Virus record (IMG/VR): IMGVR_UViG_3300010356_002264
Strand: one strand, 5' to 3'
DNA length: 64,000 nucleotides
Source: a virus
Lineage: Duplodnaviria > Caudoviricetes
The notes under the pieces are model-generated. The model saw only the letters and a list, made by a program, of their open reading frames with translations. It did no database searches and was not told where the DNA came from. Both the position numbers and the translations under genes were made by a program. This document shows, piece after piece, positions 1 through 9,000 of this stretch. How positions within the stretch are numbered: position 1 is the first letter of the stretch; each line of letters begins with the position of its first letter.

Positions 1-186
1 CATCATCACGTCACCGTTCTGCTCGTACTGGTGCGATACCGAGTAGAGCCGGTCACCAAGTTGCGCCACGTGGACCGCCATGTAGGTGCCGGCCGCGTTG
101 TCGACCTTGCGGCGCAGCACGAGCCCCTGGATGAGGGTGTCGAACAGGGCCTTGGACGTCTGAGTGAGGGGGCGGGGGCGGGCCAT
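1..186 (-). CDS. Hypothetical protein, runs off the window (DUF6908-like motif YSVSHQYEQNGD)
   Basis: ATG at 186 with AAGGAG SD; open frame MARPRPLTQTSK...YEQNGDVMM; promoter motif at 237. Confidence 0.6.
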   Translation of the reverse strand, partial: MARPRPLTQTSKALFDTLIQGLVLRRKVDNAAGTYMAVHVAQLGDRLYSVSHQYEQNGDVMM

Positions 187-226
187 GGGGTTCTCCTTGT
201 GGTTATCAGTCGAAGGTGGACATCAT

Positions 227-250
227 TTCAGAGCTGACGTCAGCTCTGAA
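227..250. promoter_or_regulatory. 24-bp perfect palindrome formed by two back-to-back TCAGCTC promoter elements for divergent genes
   Basis: TTCAGAGCTGACGTCAGCTCTGAA between ATG 186 (-) and ATG 278 (+). Confidence 0.75.
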
Positions 251-277
251 TCACCGAGAACCCTCGAAGGCTCCGCC

Positions 278-2296
278 ATGAGCACAACAACCTTGGACGA
301 CCTCCTCAACGAGGCCCTGCCCCTGTGGGGGGACGTGGCGGGGCTCATCCAGCAGGATGGGCCCGTCAAGCACTACACGGTGAGCTCCTGGGAGGCGGAG
401 AAGCACGCCAAGGACCTGTCGGAGAGTCGCTTGGATGACCCGTCAGGGCGCACCACGTTGCTGCTCCTGCGGGGGCTGGTGTCCCACTACCTCCAGTGGA
501 GCAAGTTGTCGGTCTGGGACCTAGTAAAGAACTACGACGCGATGTCGCCGGTCATCGAGCGGGGGCGCAAGCTCCTCGCGCTCATCGACCATCCGGTCGC
601 GGCGGCGGAGGTGGCGGCGGCGCGAGCGGAGGTGGCGGCGGCGTGCGACCACTACGAGCTCACCCCTGGCCAGCGCGAGAAGGTCCTCGCGTTCGACGAC
701 TACGCGCTCGGGCTGCTCTCCTACCACGCGAGTCGGTCGATGCGTCGTCTGTCCCGCCACGACTTCGCGCAGGCGGAGCCCTCCGCGGAGCGGCCCGGCT
801 ACAATCGCCAGGTCTACGAGTTCTGGAACATCGCCTCAGTCGTGTGCGCGCTCGCCGAGCAGCGGGTGTCGGGCGTGACGCTCGTGATGTTCCGCGACCC
901 CGAGGGCACGTTCCGCAGCTACTTCGCGCTCGCGGTTCGCCACGGGGGGACCATCACGCTCTTCACCGACCGACCGAACCACCCGCACCCGGACTTCGCC
1001 AGCATGACGCGCCGGCCGGACCGCGACCTTGAGCGGCGTGCCGAGCAGCACTGGTTCCCCTACGACCTGCTCGGACTCGTCAAGCGCGAGGACCCAGGCA
1101 GTGTGTCGGGAGCCGCCCGGTTGTTCGAGGGCCCGCAGACCCAGGTCGCGCGCGTCAACACGGTCGGGGTGCCGATCCGTGAGGTGCGCGACCTCCAGCC
1201 GGAGCAGTTCCTGTGGCTCATCCACGTCTTTCGTCACATCGTGGACAAGTGCCTCGCGGGCGAGCGGACGGAAAGTATCTCCTACACGGCCAACATGATC
1301 CGCGCCCCGCTGGAGCTCGCCGAGCGGTCGGCCGCCCTCATGGTGCCGGGGGCCTACGAGCCGCTTGCGCTCGCCCCGCTCACTAAGGCCGACCTCGCGC
1401 CCGAGGCGCTCGCCCCTCAGTGGGAGCGCCCGTCGACGGGGTTCAACCGCTGGATGGTGGACCGCTACGGGGCCGAGGTGCCCGACGTGGTGTTCAACGT
1501 GGTGAGCGTGGGAGAGGCGGATCAACTCCTGCCAGCCATGGAGGAGCAGGGTCTGCTACAGCGCACGACCGACCCTTGGGGGAAGGTCGCCCCGAACCCC
1601 CTCCGAACCCTCGGGGCGAACGACTTTGGGACCGCCGCGTCCCTCGACCGCGACCGCAGGTGGTGCGCGCGTGTGAACCAGTGTCGCGTCATCCAGCGGC
1701 TCGCCGTGCGGGAGTTCCAGCAGGACAAGGAGGTGACCCTGGACTGGTACCGGCGGGCCCTCGTGAAGAATCGAGATCGCCTTGTGCAGGCGGTCGCGGA
1801 AGGGGCCCTCGTGCTCCCTTCCGTTCGCTTCGAGGGCTGCTCAGACGACCCGCAGGCCGCCAACCGGAACACGGTAAAAGTCGGGACGGGCAGGACCTAC
1901 GGGGATGCCTTCCCTGGTAGCTACGGGTTTATGGGCGAGGGGAAGCTGTCCGTGTGGTCACGGTCAGACGGTGGCCGGTACCTGTGCGCGGATCGACAGG
2001 TCGTGGCGAGCGTCTTTGGGACTCTCTCGCCTACCTGCCCGGAGGCGCTCGCCGCCCTCTGTGGGGTGGAGGTCCGCGACCTCCCCTGGGGGCTTCAGCA
2101 CTGGTACAAGGGAGCCCCCTACTACGGCAACAGCATCCTGGACCGTCTCGACCCTGAGGACTGGGTGCTCAGTAATCCCTGGCTCAAGCTCGACCTGCGC
2201 GTCATGGTCGCCCTCTCGCGCACGGCCTACAAGGAGCGGCGCAAGCGCGTCGGGCTCGACCCCCTCGGGGTGCTCGCTGAGCCGAGGAAGAGCTAG
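278..2296 (+). CDS. Hypothetical protein (~672 aa)
   Basis: Long ORF with GC3-biased codons; ATG 278 is 38 nt after the TCAGCTC motif. Confidence 0.75.
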   Translation: MSTTTLDDLLNEALPLWGDVAGLIQQDGPVKHYTVSSWEAEKHAKDLSESRLDDPSGRTTLLLLRGLVSHYLQWSKLSVWDLVKNYDAMSPVIERGRKLLALIDHPVAAAEVAAARAEVAAACDHYELTPGQREKVLAFDDYALGLLSYHASRSMRRLSRHDFAQAEPSAERPGYNRQVYEFWNIASVVCALAEQRVSGVTLVMFRDPEGTFRSYFALAVRHGGTITLFTDRPNHPHPDFASMTRRPDRDLERRAEQHWFPYDLLGLVKREDPGSVSGAARLFEGPQTQVARVNTVGVPIREVRDLQPEQFLWLIHVFRHIVDKCLAGERTESISYTANMIRAPLELAERSAALMVPGAYEPLALAPLTKADLAPEALAPQWERPSTGFNRWMVDRYGAEVPDVVFNVVSVGEADQLLPAMEEQGLLQRTTDPWGKVAPNPLRTLGANDFGTAASLDRDRRWCARVNQCRVIQRLAVREFQQDKEVTLDWYRRALVKNRDRLVQAVAEGALVLPSVRFEGCSDDPQAANRNTVKVGTGRTYGDAFPGSYGFMGEGKLSVWSRSDGGRYLCADRQVVASVFGTLSPTCPEALAALCGVEVRDLPWGLQHWYKGAPYYGNSILDRLDPEDWVLSNPWLKLDLRVMVALSRTAYKERRKRVGLDPLGVLAEPRKS

Positions 2297-2950
2297 ACCC
2301 AGGGTAGCGAGCACGGGCGCGCACGCCTGCGTTCCCGCGCAGCGCGCGGCCGTCTCGGCCAGGGAGGTCGATCCAGGTTCCCGCTCGTACCTGTAGACGG
2401 CGTCGAGGTCGGTGAAGGCCCGATCGAGGTCGTCGTTCACCACGCGGTAGCGGTAGCTCGTGTGGTGTCGGAGCTCCTCGGGGGCCTTAGCGAGACGACG
2501 CGCGATGACCAGGTCGGAGTCGGTGCCTCGTGACCGGAGGCGCTGCTCCAGGACCTGCATCGAGGGGGGCAGCACGTAGACGAGGAGCGTCTCGTTTGGA
2601 AACCGGTCTCGCAGCTTTCCTGCGCCCTGGTTGTCGACCTCCAGGACGACGTCGCGCCCCGCCTTGACGGCCGCTGCCAGGGGCTGAACGGCGGTCCCGT
2701 AGCGGTGCCCGTGCACGACGCACCACTCCGCGAAGGCGTCCTGCGCGACCATCACGTCAAAGTCGTCCTCACTGACGAAGTGGTAGTCGACTCCGTCACG
2801 CTCTCCGCGCCGTGGCCGGCGCGTCGTGTGCGATACGGAGAACAGGAGGTCCTCGTGCGCACCAAGCAGCCGGCGCGCGAGTGTGGTCTTCCCGCCCCCC
2901 GACGGAGACGATAGGACCAGCAGCATCCCGCGTCGCGTCATCCCGCGCAT
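1964..2950 (-). CDS. gmk: Guanylate kinase; the C-terminal extension is probably not real
   Basis: SSPSGGGKTT P-loop, SVSHTTRRPR, GVDYHFVS and HGHRYGT motifs; kinase domain ends near 2390; tail overlaps the convergent gene. Confidence 0.9.
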   Translation of the reverse strand: MRGMTRRGMLLVLSSPSGGGKTTLARRLLGAHEDLLFSVSHTTRRPRRGERDGVDYHFVSEDDFDVMVAQDAFAEWCVVHGHRYGTAVQPLAAAVKAGRDVVLEVDNQGAGKLRDRFPNETLLVYVLPPSMQVLEQRLRSRGTDSDLVIARRLAKAPEELRHHTSYRYRVVNDDLDRAFTDLDAVYRYEREPGSTSLAETAARCAGTQACAPVLATLGLALPRLSEHPEGVEPDALAPLLVGRAREGDHDAQVELEPGITEHPVLRVETVQDAVAVVGGSLVPVLKPPGEVADLHPTEGGERLRAGRRESPKDARHDLSIRAQVPATV

Positions 2951-2993
2951 ACTACCTCAGCTCTGATTGTGGGTGGAGGTTCGTAAGGAGGGT

Positions 2994-3284
2994 ATGCGTT
3001 TTGAGATCCGCGTCTTCGTCGACCACCTGGACGTCATCCACGTGGCCGCAAACCCCTCCGAGTTTCTCCAGACGATGTGCAAGGAAATCACCAGGGCAAA
3101 CTACCCCCTGGAGTCGACCTTCCACGTCCAGGGGAGTCTGTACATATCGACCTGGACGTTCCCCGGAAAGTCTTGGGACCAGGCCCTCGCGCGGGTCGTG
3201 AATGCCCTTCGGCACCACGGGATGGACCTCGTGGTCGTCGACGGCACGACGGCCCCGCTACTTCAGCAGCCGGGAGACGCCTAG
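2994..3284 (+). CDS. Hypothetical protein
   Basis: ORF with ATG 37 nt after TCAGCTC (2957). Confidence 0.65.
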   Translation: MRFEIRVFVDHLDVIHVAANPSEFLQTMCKEITRANYPLESTFHVQGSLYISTWTFPGKSWDQALARVVNALRHHGMDLVVVDGTTAPLLQQPGDA

Positions 3285-3323
3285 TCTCAGCTCCGGACGT
3301 GCGGGTCCGGGTACATGGTGACT

Positions 3324-4358
3324 ATGCTCACACCCACCCGCAAGCTCGCCTCGATCCAGGTGATCGAGGGCTTCGACCCTATCCCGAACGCCGACGCCAT
3401 CCTGCGCACCCGCGTGCTCGGCTGGACCCAGGTGGTTCGCCGTGACGAGGTCGAGGCGTTCCGCGCCTCCGACAACCTCTGCGTGTTCTTCGAGATCGAC
3501 GCCCAGCTTCCAGACGGTCCCGCGTGGTCGGAGTTCATGCGCAAGCACGGCTTCGTGGTGCGTACCGTGCGGCTGCGCGGAGTGCTCGCCCAGGGGCTCG
3601 CGCTGCCCGTCTCGATCCTTGGGGAGGGCCCTGTGCCCGCCGTGGGTACCGACGTGTCGGAGCAGCTTGGGGTCACGCACTACGAGAAGGAGGTGCCGGA
3701 CGACCCACGCATCTCGGGTCCCTTCCCGCCGCTCGTCCCCAAGACCGGGGAGCTGCGCCTCCAGTCGTACCCCGCGGTGCTCGACGACCTCCGGGGACAC
3801 GCCTTCTACGTGACGACCAAGATCGACGGCGTGTCGGGGACCTTCTTCCAGCCGTTTGACGGGTCTCCACTCGTCGCGTGCCAGCGCAACTGGTCGGCCG
3901 CTCCTGGGGACCATCCCATCTGGCGGGTCGTGGACCGCTACGACCTCCGCGTCATGATCCCGCCCGGCCTGGCCGTGCAGGGGGAGATCGCCGGCCCTGG
4001 CGTACCGGGCAAGAAGAACCACCTTGGGCTCAAGGAGATGGAGTTCTTCGTCTTCCGCGTCTACGACGTGCGCAGGGACCGCTTCTTCAACTACTACGAG
4101 CTCGTCGCGTTCTGTCGCGACCGGGGCCTCCGCATGGTGCCCGTCGAGCGCGTCGTGGAGGGACGGGAGGCCGTCGAGTATCTCCACACCTTGGAGGGGT
4201 GGCTCGCCGCGGCGCGGGGCTTCTACGAGGGTACGACGCACCGCAAGGAGGGGATCGTCGTCCAGACCATCGACGTCGTTCGGTCGGAGGCTCTCGGCGG
4301 CTCTCGCCTCTCGTTCAAGGTCATCAACAACGACTTCCTCCTCAAGGAGCAGGCATGA
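3324..4358 (+). CDS. RNA ligase, DRB0094 (Rnl5-like) family
   Basis: N-terminal KLASIQ..PIPNADAI and LRGVLAQGL; nucleotidyltransferase motifs TKIDG, QGEI, KEGIV, SFKVINNDFLL. Confidence 0.9.
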   Translation: MLTPTRKLASIQVIEGFDPIPNADAILRTRVLGWTQVVRRDEVEAFRASDNLCVFFEIDAQLPDGPAWSEFMRKHGFVVRTVRLRGVLAQGLALPVSILGEGPVPAVGTDVSEQLGVTHYEKEVPDDPRISGPFPPLVPKTGELRLQSYPAVLDDLRGHAFYVTTKIDGVSGTFFQPFDGSPLVACQRNWSAAPGDHPIWRVVDRYDLRVMIPPGLAVQGEIAGPGVPGKKNHLGLKEMEFFVFRVYDVRRDRFFNYYELVAFCRDRGLRMVPVERVVEGREAVEYLHTLEGWLAAARGFYEGTTHRKEGIVVQTIDVVRSEALGGSRLSFKVINNDFLLKEQA

Positions 4359-4906
4359 ACCTCCCCAAGCGAATCGTGCTGTCCGCCGAGATCGGCGCGC
4401 AGATCCAGAAGATGCCTGCTAACGCGCTGCCGTACCGCGAGCAGGTGTGGTCGATATGCAACACGGCCTCTCGTCTGGGGATCGAGGTCGCCCTACACGG
4501 TGTCTGGTCTGTGTCCCTCGCCGAGGGACCCCACTTTCCCCCTGCGAAACTCCACTTCAACGCCGGCCCAGAGCGGGAGGATGACGTGTGGATCGGGCGT
4601 GACGGAGATGTCTCGCTCGCGGACCTCGAGACGGTCCTCCTGCGCAAGGTCGTCATCAAGCTCGACGCGGCGCTTGTCGACGCCACTGCTGAGGGTCGGC
4701 AGATCTTCCGCAAGAACTACCAGGGTGCCTACGACTTCTCAGCCTTCCTCCAGGATGCTCGCGACCTGCTGGTCGGAAAGGGTATCCCAGAGAACTTCCA
4801 CGGGGTCGTCGCCGTGGAGGCCCGCTACATAGACCTTGATGGGGAGTCCATATCGGCCCCACAAGTCCCCACGCTGCTCCCGCCGTCCAGCAAGAGGCCC
4901 GGCTAG
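4355..4906 (+). CDS. Hypothetical protein
   Basis: ATGA overlap with the ligase stop; MNLPKRIV... Confidence 0.6.
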   Translation: MNLPKRIVLSAEIGAQIQKMPANALPYREQVWSICNTASRLGIEVALHGVWSVSLAEGPHFPPAKLHFNAGPEREDDVWIGRDGDVSLADLETVLLRKVVIKLDAALVDATAEGRQIFRKNYQGAYDFSAFLQDARDLLVGKGIPENFHGVVAVEARYIDLDGESISAPQVPTLLPPSSKRPG

Positions 4907-5991
4907 CCGATCCCCATCTGGCGCAGGGCCTTGCGGTGGCGCGCGGCACCCAACTCGTCTCCCGTCGAGGCCAGCAGGTCGGGGGACCACAGGGGGACAC
5001 CGATCTTAGCTGCGATGCTCGTCAGTACCGCCGCAGCGTGCGCGGCGCTTTCCACTGTGGGGGAGTGGATGACGAGGCCCCCCTGTAGAGAAAGGGTCTC
5101 GTCAGGGTTGAGCGCGGGCTCCTCGGGGACACGCATCGTGACCGACCACACCTCGATGTGCAGACCCGCCTCGCGAAACTCCTCCGTGACCTGCATGGCG
5201 ACACCAGCGGACACCGCACCCCCATACACTTTGTACATGGTGTAGTTGGCGGGCTCTAGGCACTGGAGGTAGCGAAAAACTGCGGGAGGATCTTCGTCTG
5301 ACGTCCAGGGCATACCGGTGAAGAACTTGTTGTTGTAAACCTCGTCGCACAGGACTACGTCGCCGAACTGGCAGGGGCCGTCGTAGCGAACCACCGACAG
5401 GACGCGAGCCCGCACGGGGTCCATCCACTGCACCCACACTTTCTCGCGGGTGTACCGGTTTCCTGACAGGGGGACGTCCATGAGTGCCACCCCCTTGTCC
5501 CTTCGCTGGCTAAGCAAGCCCGTCTCCGTCCACAGCCGTTTAGCTTCCGTCACGTTGTTGAGGGCCACGTAGGCAAGGGCCAAGTTGTGCTTGGCCAGGC
5601 GCAAGCACTCCGCGGATAGCGTCTTGAGGTCGATGGCCTTCTTCAGGAGGTCGACTACCTCCTGCCACTTGGCCTCGGGTTTTCGCAGCAGGACCGCCAG
5701 GTTGTAGTAGGGCACCGCCCAGGTAGGGTCGGCGGTCATGGCGGCACGAAAGCGATCTTCCTTGCCCGGGGAGTCGTCCAGGATTCCGGCCAGGTTGAGC
5801 AGGCGAGCTTGCGCGAGGTCGCTGTAGGAGCGGCTCGCGATCATCCGGCGCAGGAGCGAGAGCCCCTGTTGCTCGGTCGCGCACTTCTGCATGGTTTCGA
5901 GCGCCTGGGTAAGCACCTGCGTGGGATGCTGCGTGGGATGCTGTGGAGTTGCGGGAGCTTCGCGTCCCACCAGGCGTAGTAGAGAGGTCAT
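4903..5991 (-). CDS. TPR-repeat protein
   Basis: YYNLAVLL / KHNLALAY TPR-like helices; motif 37 nt upstream. Confidence 0.7.
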   Translation of the reverse strand: MTSLLRLVGREAPATPQHPTQHPTQVLTQALETMQKCATEQQGLSLLRRMIASRSYSDLAQARLLNLAGILDDSPGKEDRFRAAMTADPTWAVPYYNLAVLLRKPEAKWQEVVDLLKKAIDLKTLSAECLRLAKHNLALAYVALNNVTEAKRLWTETGLLSQRRDKGVALMDVPLSGNRYTREKVWVQWMDPVRARVLSVVRYDGPCQFGDVVLCDEVYNNKFFTGMPWTSDEDPPAVFRYLQCLEPANYTMYKVYGGAVSAGVAMQVTEEFREAGLHIEVWSVTMRVPEEPALNPDETLSLQGGLVIHSPTVESAAHAAAVLTSIAAKIGVPLWSPDLLASTGDELGAARHRKALRQMGIG

Positions 5992-6016
5992 GTGAGCCTG
6001 TCGATAAAACTAGGGA

Positions 6017-9000
6017 TTATGGAGCTGACGGGTTCGCAGCTAGCGCCTGCGCCACGGCCTCCTGCGCGAGCTCGACGAAGAAGTTGGCCCCTGTGGAGTC
6101 GAAATCCGCGAGCCCTCCCGTCTCGTCCCCATCGACCATCTCGGCCGCCCGCATCTTGCGGGCGATGAGGCGCATCGCGACCTCCTGCATGGTGGCGCGA
6201 TAGGCGAGGAAGACCACTCGGATCGGAGCCACCTGACCAAGCCGCCAGGAGCGGCGCACGGACTGTCGAAGGATGGGGACCGAGTACTCGGTCCCGTACT
6301 GGATGATCGTCTTGGCGAAGAGCAGGTCGAGGCCCGTCTCGACGAGACGGCCGTTGGTGAGCAGGACGTCGAACCCGCGCTTGCACGCCTTCTCCAGCCA
6401 CTCCTCACGCTTCTCGGGGGACACGCTCGCGTCGAGCACTTCGACGCGGAATCCCTCAGCCTCTAGGGCCTCGCGGACACGCCCTCGCGCGTCCCTCTTG
6501 TGGGTCTGAGCGAAGAACACGAGGACCTGTCGTCCCGCCTGCTTCTCCTCCCGTACGATGCGCACGACCTCCGCGTCCTTGGGTTGCGGGGTGCGCGGGA
6601 AGGCGGGGGCGCTCGCCAGGAACTCCCGGCGGCCCGACTCCTCGTCGGTCCCCCAGATCTCCTCGGCCTGCTCGGGGCAGTCGGGGTAGCCAAGGCACGT
6701 CTGGAGGTACTGGCCGAGCACCTTGGGGTACTTGCGCATGACCTTCCGGACCTCCTTGGTGAGCTCAGCGATCGCCCGGAGGATCGCTGGGTCGTGGTCG
6801 ACGATCCTCACCTCCTCGTCATACGGGGGGAGGTCCTGACGAAGGTCCTTGAGCTTGACGAATATCGTGTAGGGCAACAGCAGGGGGACCATCGCGGGGT
6901 TCATCCCCGGGATCTCCCTGGTCCGTCCGCCCGATCGCTTCCCTCCTCGACGGGTCCCGTAGCGGGAGGTCGAAGACTTGAGGTCATAGCGTGTCTCGAA
7001 GAGCCCGAAGTGCTGCGAGAAGCGCGCGCAGTCCTTGAACCCGTAGCGCTTACGGAACGAGGGCTCCACCTTGTAGAGCAGGTAGAACAGGGAGCTCGCG
7101 CGCCCGCCGTACAGGGTGCCGGTCATCGCGAGGATCTTGTGCGCGCCGGCCGCGAGGTCCTGTACGGCCCGCGACTGGTCGGACTCGGCACCAGCGAACT
7201 TGTGGCAGTTGGACACGAGGATCCCCTCGACGAAGTAGCAGTGCGTGTCCTCGACCTCCAGGTCGTAGACCCACTCCTCGTCGAGATTGACGGGTTCTAC
7301 CGAGGTGACGCGGACGCCTCGGCATCCCGGATACGCATCAGGACGAGGTCGATGTTCGTCGTGACCTCCGAGTTCCAGAACCGCAGCACGGTCCACCCGA
7401 GCGCTTGGAGCATGCGACTCTTCCGTCGGTCCCGGTTGCGCTGCTTGCTCGTGTGGTGGGAGGCTCCGTCGCATTCCACCGCGATCTTCAGGGTCGGATG
7501 AATGAGGTCCACTCGCGCCATTCGCCAGGATGGATCCATCGTCGGGATGCAGCCCTCCATCTCCCAGCCCAGACGGGCGTGCAGTAGCTTCTGCTCTGGT
7601 GTGAGGTATCCGTTCCCGCCCCTGCGACCGGAGAACGGAAGACCCTTTCGGGCTTCGCTCGTCTTCGCTCGGACCTCGGGACTTCTGTTGAGCTTCGTCA
7701 TCCACTCCGACGACCGCTTCCTCGCCTCGGGCAGGCGCTGCGTTGTCCGCATGCGTTCCCGTGTCTGGGTGCGACGAGCGGGATTGCGCGCCCAGGCCGC
7801 AAGCTGGGTACACGACCGACTGCAATAGCGCCGACCCCTCTTGCGTGCGGGAACCTGTTCCGTCTTCTGACACCACCCGCACGTCACAGGGAACCGACGC
7901 GTCGGACGCTTGGGTGTAGGTCTCGTCCGGCGACGAAGCTGCGCGCCGCAGATCGGGCTGCACGTCTTCTGCTCGCGCCTCGCCCGTCGCACGAACGGGA
8001 ACTCGGACTTGCAAATAGGGCAAGCCTTGGTCGGCATCGTTGATCTCTATCAATACGTTTGTATTAGTGAGACACCGTGCCTTCCTGTAGTCAAGCTGGT
8101 CCTCCGTCCAGATCTTGTGGTCGTCGGTACAGACGATGGATCCCGTCTCATGTGAGACGCGCACCATGGGTTTGACCCTCGGCTTGCAAAGGGCACGCAC
8201 GACTCGACGCAGCACGACCTGTCCGTCTCGTGTTCTCGACCACACGAGGTCACCGACCCGTATGTCCTTGATCGGGATGCGTCCTCTCGACGTACTTACT
8301 AGGCTGGCCCCAGGGAAACACTCGTCCACGACGAGCACGTACCGGCGCGCGTATCGCTGACTGATGTACTCGGCCAGCGGCCAGCGGGTCGATCCCTTGT
8401 CGTTCAGGGTCGTCACGGTCCAGAGGGGGGACCGGCAGCCGGCGCAGTACTGGTGGTTGTCGCGGTCGAACGCTGCGGCCGTGTAGCCCGTCGTTCGTCC
8501 GCACTGCGGGCAGGAAACGAGGCTCACGATCTGGCGCACCTGCTTGGTGATCGTCCTGCGCGCGTAGAAGGGAAGCGCGTCCATCGCCTCGTGGTCCGGG
8601 ACCTCACGCATCCACGTCCTGGTGCGCAGCACGAAGGCAGGCTCCCATCGTGTTCCGAGCTTGGCGATCTCCTTGGAGATCACGAGGTAGCGAGCCGGCT
8701 TCGCCTCGGTTGACCGAAAGAATGCGTCCACGTCGGAGAGCTTCTTGCCCGCCACCGCAACGCCACGCTGGCCGGTGACCGCCTCGAACTCTCGGATCCA
8801 CTTGCGTACCAGGTGCGCGGGACAGACCACGACGGTGCGGCGTGCCCCGTACAGCTCGACGGCGACGGCCGCCATCGAGGTGTTGTGGGTCACGATGTAG
8901 TCGTCGGTGACGTACAGGGAGTTACGGCTCGATACCCTGATGCACTGACACTCCTCGTCCCTCACGTAATCGACGTTCTCGATCGAGCGGGAGGGCCCGT

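Noticed and set aside
1964-2292. Real C-terminal extension of guanylate kinase
   Set aside because: It is antisense to a well-formed gene; more likely a missed stop at the CTAG at 2293.
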